From positions 73,433 to 137,432 of IMG/VR virus record IMGVR_UViG_3300049436_000052: a stretch of DNA of 64,000 bases. One strand, given 5' to 3'. The stretch comes from a virus. Made by a program: the position numbers and the translations under genes. This document shows positions 8,322-17,900 of the stretch, in pieces; position 1 is the stretch's first letter; each line of letters starts with the position of its first letter. Below the pieces are notes generated by a model that made no database searches, was not told where the DNA came from, and worked only from the letters and a program-made list of their open reading frames with translations.

Positions 8322-8774
8322 TTAAATATTTTCTAACGCACTTTCGGGTTGGTAATCGTATTCATGTCCTATATTCTTTATTCTATATTCCCAAATATAA
8401 CCAGTCCATCTAATTGAGATTATTGTAGGATTTTTTATTGTTTTTCCGTTAAATTTTATTTGAAATGGTTGTTCGTTATTAAATTTTGGGAACGATGTTG
8501 GTTTAGCAAGTTCTTTAGTTATCATACCTTTTAACAATTCTTCGTCTGATAAATTTCTATATTCTTTTAATGAATATGAATTTAGGTCATGTATCATTTT
8601 AATGAAAAATTTATCCCTCTTATCATTATCATATTTTAAATCAAAATCAGACGTTCCTGTAAATACAAGAATATTATTAAAATAATACTCTCGATTGCAA
8701 TAAAAAAATTTAACTATTTCCATCTCAAAATTTTTATTATTAATAATATTCCCAAATTCTTTTAAAAACTTCAT
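8322..8774 (-). CDS. Hypothetical protein
   Basis: 150-aa ORF. Confidence 0.6.
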   Translation of the reverse strand: MKFLKEFGNIINNKNFEMEIVKFFYCNREYYFNNILVFTGTSDFDLKYDNDKRDKFFIKMIHDLNSYSLKEYRNLSDEELLKGMITKELAKPTSFPKFNNEQPFQIKFNGKTIKNPTIISIRWTGYIWEYRIKNIGHEYDYQPESALENI

Positions 8775-8886
8775 TATAAACTTCCTCCAATTCTTTTATT
8801 TTTTTAAATGTTTTGGGGTTTCTTGCTTTTTCTGAAATTAATTTTTCGTACAATTCCAAAAGTTCTATTGCTGACAAATCTTTCAT
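8740..8886 (-). CDS. Small hypothetical protein (not in ORF track)
   Basis: MKDLSAIELLELYEKLISEKARNPKTFKKIKELEEVYNEVFKRIWEYY, 48 aa, fills the gap. Confidence 0.5.
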   Translation of the reverse strand: MKDLSAIELLELYEKLISEKARNPKTFKKIKELEEVYNEVFKRIWEYY

Positions 8887-8891
8887 AACTA

Positions 8892-9176
8892 TTATAATAG
8901 ATCAAATTCCTTTTCAAGTTTTTCCTTTTCTTCCAATAAATATGATTTTATTATATTTATTAAATCATTATTTAATATTATTGGAACTTCTGTTTGAGTA
9001 TTTCCATCATATTCTTCATTAAGATGCTCAATTATTAGTTTTGGTTTTAAATTAACAACTTCAATTAATTTACCATCTATATCTAATTCTTCACGTTCAA
9101 ACGAACTAAGTGCTTTGTTAATTTTACTTATTTTTCTTAAAATAAGATTTCCTTTTTCTATTATTTCTATTTTCAT
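8892..9176 (-). CDS. Hypothetical protein
   Basis: 94-aa ORF. Confidence 0.65.
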   Translation of the reverse strand: MKIEIIEKGNLILRKISKINKALSSFEREELDIDGKLIEVVNLKPKLIIEHLNEEYDGNTQTEVPIILNNDLINIIKSYLLEEKEKLEKEFDLL

Positions 9177-9200
9177 AATTATTAAAATTATATGTAGATT

Positions 9201-9407
9201 TTAAAAATGACTAATTATTTCAAGCAAACAATCTTTACAAAGTATTATCACATCACCATGATGTTTATCTGTCGATATTCCTTGTATTGATGCACATTCT
9301 TTCATTTCATCACAACCATCACATAGTTTATTATCACCATCAACATAAAGTAATCTAACTTTACCTATTTTTTTACCATCTTTTTCAAGATATTCATCAC
9401 TTATCAT
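9201..9407 (-). CDS. Small Zn-finger protein
   Basis: CDGC...CKDC. Confidence 0.65.
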   Translation of the reverse strand: MISDEYLEKDGKKIGKVRLLYVDGDNKLCDGCDEMKECASIQGISTDKHHGDVIILCKDCLLEIISHF

Positions 9408-9457
9408 AAGTTTAGATAGTTTAATAAAAAAAATATAAAGATGTTATTTAACACTTT

Positions 9458-9643
9458 TTAAAGTTTTCGTTTCAATTTTAACAATTCTACTGCAATCTCA
9501 TGAACTTCATCAATATAACCTTCTTTAAAATCATTATGTCCCCAAGTCTCTTCATCGAGAACTATTAATAATTCTTTATAAGCATTAGATATAAGTTCTT
9601 TTGCATTTCTGATTTTTTCATCTGCTGTTGTTGTTACGCTCAT
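9458..9643 (-). CDS. Hypothetical protein
   Basis: 61-aa ORF. Confidence 0.65.
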   Translation of the reverse strand: MSVTTTADEKIRNAKELISNAYKELLIVLDEETWGHNDFKEGYIDEVHEIAVELLKLKRKL

Positions 9644-9689
9644 CTTATTTATTTTTTAAGAATTTCATCTAATTACAAGATAATTAGTA

Positions 9690-9926
9690 TTAATCTGCTC
9701 TAGCATCATCAGTAGTTCTATAAAATTGATGGATTTTAACAAAAACGTTATCCATTTCACCAAGCTGGTTTATAAGTTCTTCTTTTGCCAATCTTTGTGC
9801 TTCCTCTTTACCTTCTTTCTTATTTTTAGCTTGTATTATAAAACTATATCCTTCACTACCATTCCAAGGTAAGTCTTCTGAGTTGTCAGTAAAACTAACT
9901 TCACAATCTGCATAATAAGTATTCAT
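9690..9926 (-). CDS. Hypothetical protein
   Basis: 78-aa ORF. Confidence 0.65.
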   Translation of the reverse strand: MNTYYADCEVSFTDNSEDLPWNGSEGYSFIIQAKNKKEGKEEAQRLAKEELINQLGEMDNVFVKIHQFYRTTDDARAD

Positions 9927-10004
9927 ATTATAATCTATTTAAATAAAATTATTTTTTTGTCATTCCATTATAATTTAGTGTTAAAATTTAGTTATATATT
10001 GTCA

Positions 10005-10379
10005 TTATATTTTATTAATGTTAACAGCTAAACCCTTTTCAATAAGATTGAAATAATCAAAATGCCATTCTAGGTAATTTTCAGAAATAATTCTTGGAAG
10101 AAAATCTATTGGTATATTTATTTTTTTACAAAAAGAATCTAAAGACTCATGAGGTCCTCCATACATAGAATGAAGTTTTTCAATAGGAACGAACTTTTTA
10201 CCATCAAATTCAATTTGCTTAAATAAATCTGATAATGGTCTTAAAATTGGCTTCCATTTTTTTTCTAAAATAGTAGTTAATTCGGTTGGAGTCAATACCA
10301 TGTCATAAAAATATCCTTCTGTATCAATTTTTAAGCTATATGGCAAATATGCTGCTAAATGTTTTAATTTTAATTCCAT
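10005..10379 (-). CDS. Hypothetical protein, family common in Bacteroidota phages
   Basis: LAAYLPY...KPILRPLSDL...WHFDYFNLIEKGLA motifs. Confidence 0.7.
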   Translation of the reverse strand: MELKLKHLAAYLPYSLKIDTEGYFYDMVLTPTELTTILEKKWKPILRPLSDLFKQIEFDGKKFVPIEKLHSMYGGPHESLDSFCKKINIPIDFLPRIISENYLEWHFDYFNLIEKGLAVNINKI

Positions 10380-10396
10380 ATTTTCTATATTTTTCG

Positions 10397-10684
10397 TTAA
10401 ACTTTCTCAATCAAATCCTTTTCAGGTATGTTAAATGAATTATCTTTATTTCCAGTTCTAATGCTAGAAAAAAAAGACCAATAATCCCAATGTTTACCAT
10501 TAAACTCATGTCTTTCATTAACTATTTTAGGTTTTTTTCTATCAACACTATCGCCCCAATAAATACCATTCCAACCATCACGATAATTATTACCTGTATT
10601 ATCTATTAAAGGTTCAACACCCTTGGTAATTTTAAGTATTCTGCCATTTCGATTTCTATATTTTTTTCCAATTTCTAGTTTCAT
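10397..10684 (-). CDS. Hypothetical protein
   Basis: MKLEIGKKYRNRNG SH3/KOW-like start. Confidence 0.65.
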   Translation of the reverse strand: MKLEIGKKYRNRNGRILKITKGVEPLIDNTGNNYRDGWNGIYWGDSVDRKKPKIVNERHEFNGKHWDYWSFFSSIRTGNKDNSFNIPEKDLIEKV

Positions 10685-10690
10685 AAAAAA

Positions 10691-10933
10691 TTAATTACAT
10701 TCTTCTATATTCATATGTTCATTAATCCAATACCAATCACCAGATTGATGATCTTCACATTTACTTGGATATAAATGATGTTTCAATATACATTTGTTTG
10801 TATCTAAATTCAAAAAATTAAAACCGCATCTAGTAGGTTGTATGAATTTACACATCATCTTATTTTTATATCCAAACCAAATGACATAGTGTTTTCCAAG
10901 TTTTAATTTTCTAGGGAATCTTCTTATATCCAT
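10691..10933 (-). CDS. Hypothetical protein
   Basis: 80-aa ORF. Confidence 0.6.
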   Translation of the reverse strand: MDIRRFPRKLKLGKHYVIWFGYKNKMMCKFIQPTRCGFNFLNLDTNKCILKHHLYPSKCEDHQSGDWYWINEHMNIEECN

Positions 10934-10937
10934 AACT

Positions 10938-11135
10938 TTAATAATTAAAATCAGAATACCACTTATTTAATGTTTCTATTGTTTCACCACTTTTTTCAGA
11001 TGCCATTCCTAAAATAATATCCGTTAAATTAAATTTAGAATTTTGTATATGACTTTTTAATTCATCACTCTCAATACCAATGAATGCTAAGAATTTAATT
11101 AGTTTATTTTTATTCATTCCCATAATTTTACTCAT
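10938..11135 (-). CDS. Hypothetical protein
   Basis: 65-aa ORF. Confidence 0.55.
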   Translation of the reverse strand: MSKIMGMNKNKLIKFLAFIGIESDELKSHIQNSKFNLTDIILGMASEKSGETIETLNKWYSDFNY

Positions 11136-11316
11136 ATTTACTCAAAACTTCCTCATACCACCATAAATGAAACTTATGATGATAATCAATTTTAAATCTA
11201 CTTATTAAACTTAATAACATACATGGAAAAAATATTAGTGCTGAAATTATAAAACTAATTATAACTATTAAAATTAATTTTAATATTTTCACGTTTTCTT
11301 TCAATTCTTTATCCAT
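11128..11316 (-). CDS. Small membrane protein
   Basis: Single hydrophobic segment. Confidence 0.55.
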   Translation of the reverse strand: MDKELKENVKILKLILIVIISFIISALIFFPCMLLSLISRFKIDYHHKFHLWWYEEVLSKYE

Positions 11317-11322
11317 AATTAT

Positions 11323-11463
11323 TTAATTTTTAGGAATTTTAATTTGCAATAAATAAATACCAATTAACAATCCATAATACCATTCCAATTTAGATGTCAA
11401 CATCAATATACCAATTCCTAGTATACAAATTAAATTACTAATTTTCAATCCTTTTAAATTCAT
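11323..11463 (-). CDS. Small membrane protein (not in ORF track)
   Basis: MNLKGLKISNLICILGIGILMLTSKLEWYYGLLIGIYLLQIKIPKN, 46 aa, first gene after the promoter. Confidence 0.5.
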   Translation of the reverse strand: MNLKGLKISNLICILGIGILMLTSKLEWYYGLLIGIYLLQIKIPKN

Positions 11464-11497
11464 AATTTCAAATATTTAATTAAATTATATCCTATTA

Positions 11498-11531
11498 TAC
11501 GAAAAATTTTAAAAAATGTTTTGCAAAATTA
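11498..11531 (-). promoter_or_regulatory. Leftward promoter(s): AAAC-N16-CGTATAAT and TAATTTTG
   Basis: ECF-type geometry plus a Bacteroidota -7 element, upstream of the small-gene block. Confidence 0.5.
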
Positions 11532-11560
11532 CAAAAAAAATTTAAAATTAACAATTATTG

Positions 11561-11568
11561 TATTTATA
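11561..11568 (+). promoter_or_regulatory. Putative late promoter TATTTATA
   Basis: 22 nt before the tape measure ATG. Confidence 0.65.
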
Positions 11569-11590
11569 ATAAATAAAATATTAGTTTATC

Positions 11591-14107
11591 ATGGCTGAAA
11601 ATCAAGATCATTTAAAAAATATAAAAAATATTGGTGAGGCAAATAAATTGCTTCAAGAACAAATAAATATGTCAATTGCGCTAAAAGATTTAGAAAAAGC
11701 AAGGGCATTAAATGAAGAAATGATTGCCAATAATATTTTATTGCAAAATGAAAGAAATCAATTAAATAATGAACTACACACTGGTAATTTAAAATTAACT
11801 AAAGAAGAGAAAAAGGAACTTGATAATATTGAAAAATCTCAAAAAAATATCAATTCTCAATTACAAAGTGAAGGAAATTGGAGAAGAAAAATAGTTGATT
11901 TTGTAAAACTTCAGAATAATCATTTAAAAATTGGATGGCAATTTCTTCAACAATCGGATAAAACCATAAAGAGTACAATATTAAGTCTTGGAATGTCTGG
12001 TGCTAAAGCAGAAATGATGAGAAGTTCTTTTGAAAGTTCTGCTGTTTATGTTGCCAAATTAGGTGGGACTCTTGAAGATATTCAAGGGGTAATGCAGGGT
12101 TATGCAGATGAAACAGGAAGAGCAAGAGCATTATCTGCCGAAATGGTTAAAGATGTTGTAGCCATTGGAAAAGGAACTGGTTTAGGAATTGAACAGGCAA
12201 CAAGATTATCAGCACAATTTGAAATGATGGGATATAATGCTCAATCAACAATGGACTATGTTCAAGGAGTTGTTGATACAAGTGAAAGAATGGGTGTTAA
12301 TACAACAAAAGTCTTAAAAAATATTTCAGATAATTTTAAAAGATTAAACACATATACTTTTCAACAAGGTGTTAAAGGAATTGCTCAAATGGCAATGTAT
12401 GCAGAGAAATTTCACATGGATATTAACCAAGCACTTAATGCCGCAGATGTTTCAAGAACACTTGAAGGAGCTATTGATTTAACTTCCCAACTTCAAATAA
12501 TGGGTGGCGAATTTGCTAAAACAGATCCTTTTGAAATGTTATTCTTATCTCGTAATGATCCTGCTAAATTTACTGAGAAAATTGCTGATATGACTAAAGG
12601 AATTGTTTCATTTAGAAAAATGGCAGATGGATCGTTTGAAAAATTCATTAGTCCTGCTGATAGAGATAGATTAGCTTCTGTTGCAAAATCTTTGGGGATG
12701 GAAAGTTCTGAATTAACAAAAATTGCTGAAAGACAATCTGAAATTCAAAGAATACGTCAACAAATGCAAGGAATGGGTTTATCTCCAGAACAAAAGGAGT
12801 TAATAGAAGGTGCTGCTGTTTTTAATACTAAAACAGGAAAATTTGAAGCAATGGTTGCTGGTCAAATGCGAGATGTTACAAAATTAACACAAACACAAGC
12901 AGAAGGTTTTGTTAAAGAAAGAAAAACTTTAGAACAAAGAGCAAAAGAATCACAAAGTTTTGATGAAGCATTTCAAGCAACAATTAATGAATTAAAATCT
13001 GCTTTATTACCAATATTACAAGGTGTTAATAAAGTTTTGACATATGTTCGACCAATTGTAGAAAGTTTTACAAGGTTATTTACCGAAGGAAAGGGTGCAT
13101 GGTTAAAAACTGCTGGTTTGTTAATTGTTGGTGCAACTGCATGGAAAGTAGCTAGTAGTGCATTTAATAAAGCAATTGATAAATTTGTTGAAAGAGGTGT
13201 TGGTGGAATGTTTGGAGGTGGAGGTGCTAAAACTACTTCTACAGTTTCTACTCAAAGTACCACAACATCTAAAACTAGTGGTGTAGCTTCCAAAACTGGT
13301 AGTGCTGGAGGAGGTGGAAAAGCATTTGGAAAAGGTGCTGGTATTGGTGCTGCTGCTTTGGGAATCGGTGCAGGTGTTGGATTAGCTGCTGTTGGTATTA
13401 GTAAATTAGCTGATTCTATGAGTAAATTATCTCCAGAACAAGCAGACTCTTTAAAATCGATTGCTATGACATTAGCAATAACATTTCCTGCTGCTGCTAT
13501 TGGAATTGCTTTGGTTGGTCAAACTGCACAAGCTGGTGCTCTTGGTTTGATGGCATTAGGTGCTGCATTTGCATTAGTTGGTACTGGAGTATATTTGGCC
13601 GCAACAGGTATTGGAAATATGGCAGAGGGATTGACAAAATTAGTTACTGCTGGTAAAGGTGCTGGTGATGATATGTTAAAATTAAGTGCTGGCATTGGTG
13701 CTTTATCATTATCAATGTTAGGATTTACTGCTGGTGCATTTGGATTAGCTGTTTTTGCTGGTTTAATGCATACTATTGCAAAAAATGCTCCTGCTATTAC
13801 TGCTGTTGGTGACGCATTTAAACAAATAAACACAGTCATGAGTGGAAGTAAAGAAGATTTTATGGCCGTTGAAAATGCTGTTGCTTCTATTTCAAATATG
13901 AATACCAAAGGTGGTGGAATGTTTAAGGAATTAAGTAATTTAATTAAAAATGGAATAAAAGTTGAATTTGCTGATAAACAAGTTGCTTTAGTTAATAACA
14001 TAACATTGGATATCGATGGTAATAAATTTATGGAAAAAACTTATAATGTTAATGCTGCAATTCAAAAACATGAAGCAATTCGTCAAGGAAAAGGTGGTAA
14101 TTCATAA
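11591..14107 (+). CDS. Tail tape measure protein
   Basis: 838 aa helical, Ala/Gly-rich, hydrophobic C-terminal segments, NNITLDIDG end; lies between chaperone and baseplate genes. Confidence 0.8.
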   Translation: MAENQDHLKNIKNIGEANKLLQEQINMSIALKDLEKARALNEEMIANNILLQNERNQLNNELHTGNLKLTKEEKKELDNIEKSQKNINSQLQSEGNWRRKIVDFVKLQNNHLKIGWQFLQQSDKTIKSTILSLGMSGAKAEMMRSSFESSAVYVAKLGGTLEDIQGVMQGYADETGRARALSAEMVKDVVAIGKGTGLGIEQATRLSAQFEMMGYNAQSTMDYVQGVVDTSERMGVNTTKVLKNISDNFKRLNTYTFQQGVKGIAQMAMYAEKFHMDINQALNAADVSRTLEGAIDLTSQLQIMGGEFAKTDPFEMLFLSRNDPAKFTEKIADMTKGIVSFRKMADGSFEKFISPADRDRLASVAKSLGMESSELTKIAERQSEIQRIRQQMQGMGLSPEQKELIEGAAVFNTKTGKFEAMVAGQMRDVTKLTQTQAEGFVKERKTLEQRAKESQSFDEAFQATINELKSALLPILQGVNKVLTYVRPIVESFTRLFTEGKGAWLKTAGLLIVGATAWKVASSAFNKAIDKFVERGVGGMFGGGGAKTTSTVSTQSTTTSKTSGVASKTGSAGGGGKAFGKGAGIGAAALGIGAGVGLAAVGISKLADSMSKLSPEQADSLKSIAMTLAITFPAAAIGIALVGQTAQAGALGLMALGAAFALVGTGVYLAATGIGNMAEGLTKLVTAGKGAGDDMLKLSAGIGALSLSMLGFTAGAFGLAVFAGLMHTIAKNAPAITAVGDAFKQINTVMSGSKEDFMAVENAVASISNMNTKGGGMFKELSNLIKNGIKVEFADKQVALVNNITLDIDGNKFMEKTYNVNAAIQKHEAIRQGKGGNS

Positions 14108-14114
14108 TTTTATT

Positions 14115-14157
14115 TTTGTATTTCAAAAAAATTAATTAACTTTGCAAAGTTAATTAA
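14115..14157. promoter_or_regulatory. Bacteroidota sigma-A-type promoter inside a perfect 26-bp palindrome
   Basis: TTTG (14115) + TAACTTTG (14137); TTAATTAACTTTGCAAAGTTAATTAA at 14132-14157 is self-complementary. Confidence 0.55.
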
Positions 14158-14172
14158 AACCACATAACTTAA

Positions 14173-14361
14173 ATGGATAGTTTAACCAAAGATAATCATT
14201 TATTTAATAAACAAGAAGTTATAGAATATCTTCAAAATCTTTATAGTGAATTAAATTATTCTGAAAACGATAAAATGAAATTTAAATTAAATGATTTGGA
14301 TGAACTCGAAGATGGTTTTTATCTAATAAATGAAAATGGAATTAAATATTTAGGGGAATGA
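14173..14361 (+). CDS. Hypothetical protein
   Basis: 62-aa acidic ORF after the promoter. Confidence 0.55.
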   Translation: MDSLTKDNHLFNKQEVIEYLQNLYSELNYSENDKMKFKLNDLDELEDGFYLINENGIKYLGE

Positions 14362-14449
14362 TAAACAATATGATGAAAAATAATTCCTTTGATTATCAAT
14401 AAGTTAATGTTTTTAGTTAAAAAAAGTTAAAAAATAATTCTTAAAATCC

Positions 14450-14480
14450 TTGCTTATTAACTAAATAATTAGTAACTTTG
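14450..14480 (+). promoter_or_regulatory. Bacteroidota sigma-A-type promoter TTG-N20-TAACTTTG facing a non-coding region
   Basis: Matches TTG-N19/21-TAnnTTTG. Confidence 0.55.
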
Positions 14481-14703
14481 CCAAGTCTTTAAGTAACAAC
14501 AACTTACAAACAAAAAAAGAAAAACAAACATAATACAAAGCTCAAAGACAAATAAAAAGAAAGACTTTTTTATTTTTCAAATAAACAAACTTACTAAGTT
14601 AGTTTTCTTTCTTTCTTTAACAATAAAAAAAGAAAAAACTTGTCTGGCACGGGGCATAATATTCTTTATTGGTTAATTTTTTCTTTTCTTGAAATTTGTA
14701 AAA

Positions 14704-14810
14704 TTTTCCTAATTACTTTTCCTAATTACTTTTCCTAATTACTTTTCCTAATTACTTTTCCTAATTACTTTTCCTAATTACTTTTCCTAATTACTTTTCC
14801 TAATTACTTT
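14704..14810. repeat. Perfect tandem repeat (TTTTCCTAATTAC)x8
   Basis: Eight identical 13-mers without spacers in a ~600-bp intergenic region. Confidence 0.95.
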
Positions 14811-14936
14811 GATATATTTTTATATCACATACCCCAACTTAATTTTGGAAAAAAGTAAATATTGACACTTCGATTGGAAAGAAATGGGTAAGATTTTGGC
14901 ACGATAAAAGTAGATCAAATAATTTATTCTTACAAG

Positions 14937-14944
14937 TATTTATT
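14937..14944 (+). promoter_or_regulatory. Putative late promoter TATTTATT
   Basis: AAGTATTTATT before the baseplate gene. Confidence 0.55.
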
Positions 14945-14957
14945 AAAAAAAGTTTTA

Positions 14958-17900
14958 ATGGCAAATAAAGATAGTAAATATGAGCCTATTTCAATATTTG
15001 GAAATATTAGTAATAATGGTGTTGTTGAAGAAGATTCGAGATTATCAAGAATAAGTAATAATTTAAGAAATACATTACAAACAAGAAATCTATATACTCC
15101 AAATGTTGAATATCCAAATAATAGTACAAATACTGCAAGTAAGATTGTAAATGCTGTTGATAGTTTAATTGGTATAGTTGCACCATTTAAATCATTTTCA
15201 TTGAAAAATAATTATTTTGCCAGAATAACAAATCCAACTCCATTAACAGAAATTGGAACTGTTATGTTAGCAAAACAAATGGCTTATAATTCATCTTCTC
15301 ATATATCTCAACAAAATTTACCAACTTTAAATCTTTCTAATTTATTTGATGGAAATAAGGATACTAAACTTTTTGAAAAAAATATTAATTTAAAAATTAC
15401 AAAAAAAGAAGATACTACATTTCAAGATAAATTTAATAATTTTATTGACAAGATAGTATTTGATGGAAACACAACAAGTGATAGTCCATTTAGTAAAAGT
15501 TCAACAAATGCCGATTATATTAGGAATACTGGAGACGGACAATTAAATTTTCTTTATCAATCAATTAATAATAATCTTTATAAACAAGATGATTCGACAT
15601 TAATTGAATTTGGTTTAAAAATAAAAAAACCACTTCAACCAAGAAAAAATATGGTCAATACTCAAAGTGGTGGAATTGTAACTAGTAATTCATATAAACC
15701 ATTTTTTAATTTTTCGAATATTGCAAAAAATCCATATTTAAATATTAGTACAACGTTTTTTGCTGAAGTTATTGCAAATAAAGCAATGGCAAATTCGTAT
15801 TTGGTTAGTAATGAAATTCAAGAATATGCTCCAACCAGAGATTTTATAAAAACTTATTTTGGAAAAACATTATTAGCAGAACCAATTAGTTTAAATGATG
15901 GATTATCTAATTCATGGATTGATGAAAATGTTGAATTTAAAAATGATTTGATTGGTAATAAGTTAGTTTGGGGTAGAGATGGAATATCGACTGAAGCAAA
16001 TACAAATATTGATCCATTAAGAGGAGATAAAGATCAAGTTGATAATGATTATTCAGATCAGATTAATGATCCAACAATTCGTGAATTTAATTATAATAAA
16101 TTTAATATCAAATCTGGGTTATTAGAATATACAAGAAATTTAATTAATGCAACAAATGGTAATGTTGGAGATTTAACAAGAAAAGCATTTAATGAGGGTG
16201 ATGGTAAATATGGTTTTAACGGTTCTGGATTATGGAAATCAAATAATAGTATATACGCTCAAAAAGCAGAAATAGCAGGAAAAAAAGGTGTTCGTCAACA
16301 TTCTCAATTAGATCAGTACGATAGGTTTACAAAAGCAATTAGATTTAATGGAAGCGAGGTATATAATGGTAATGTAGATTCTGTTACTTATAAAACGGTT
16401 ATTCCTCGAATACATCCAACATTACCACTAACTAATGGAGTTCCAAATAATAAAAATTTAATGTTTTCAATTGAAAATTTGGCTGTTGGTGTTATTAGTA
16501 AAGGAACTAAGGGAATAATTGATGATGAATTTGGAAGTGAAATACCAATTTGTGAAGTAGGTCCTTTCTATGGAAGAATTATGTGGTTTCCTCCATATGG
16601 TTTAGAATTAAATGAGGTTGCAAGTGCAAAATATGAATCTACTGTTATGGTTGGTAGAAATGAACCAATGTATAATTATCAAAATTCAGAAAGAACTGCA
16701 ACATTATCATTTATCATGTTAATGGATTATCCAAGTCATTTAAAACAATTCCATAATACACAAAATAAGCAAAAGGAAATGGCAGAATTCTTTGCATTTG
16801 GAGGAGATCCATATACACCAAAGAAACCACCTGTCAATAATCCCGAAGAAAAAATTAAACAACTTCAAAACGAAATTGAAAAAATTGTAAATAAACCAGA
16901 TGTAGAAGATCCAAATACTGCAAAACCTAATCCAATTAAAGTAGTATTTCCAAATGATGTTCCTTTTGTAAGTGATAATTTAAATACTATTATTGATAAA
17001 ATGTATACTAAATATCGTTATGAAATTATTGATGGATTACCTTCAAATGGAACTTACGGTGATGTTAGTAGTTTTGGATATAATAGATTTATCTATGTTG
17101 CAAATGATGATACTGGTGTAAAAGCTGGTGGAACATTCGGAAAATATTATTTAGATAGTGGTGTTACATCACAAGTTGGATTTACACAATATACCCAAAC
17201 AGGTGATTGCGATCTAAATAAAATTCTTAAAGATTTTTATTCTAATGAAAGTAATAGACAATTATATAATATATCAGTATTTGGAGGTGCATCAAAATTA
17301 TATACCGAAAAAAATAAATTTGATATAAAGGAAGAAGAAGATTATAATAAATCATTGGGTTTAAGAAGAGCAAAAGCAGTAATTACTTTTATAAAAAGAC
17401 GTTTAGCTGCAATTTTTGAAAAAGATTTTGATGATCTTGGTATTAATGTAATACTTGGTGGTGGAACTGGTGGTGGTACTGTTGGTAGTCAATTCTCAAG
17501 TCAAACAAATGCAACAGAGGTAGCAATTCCATTAGCGTCAACAAAATTAGAAAGATTCGCTTTAATTGAAATTACACGAAATGAAAATACTACATCTTCA
17601 AAACAAAAGAAATTAACACAAGAAGAAACTGAAATAATTAGAAAAAAACAAGAAGAAATCCAAGAACTTGAAAAAGATCTTGTTAAAGGAAATGAAGCAT
17701 ATGATTGTGTTTATAATGAAAAAAATAGTAAAAATGGTATATTACATGGGTTTCAAGCAATAAGTGGTAATTATTTTTCACCAGTATTTCATTCACAAAC
17801 ACCCGAAGATTTTCATAGACGACTAACATTTCTTCAACAATGTGTAAGACAAGGTGCAGCAAAAAGATATAATGTAGTTGAAGAAAATGGATTAATGAGA

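Noticed and set aside
9408-10004. Further attC-like arms after genes in the 9.4-10 kb region
   Set aside because: TAAC/TAAT-like boxes follow some stops, but no convincing partner arm was found by eye
13519-14001. Antisense ORF inside the tape measure gene (also 94..339, 50311..50754, 61210..61638 and similar)
   Set aside because: Shadow frames of well-supported genes on the opposite strand
14704-14810. CRISPR array
   Set aside because: 13-bp units are contiguous with no spacers, and no cas genes are visible
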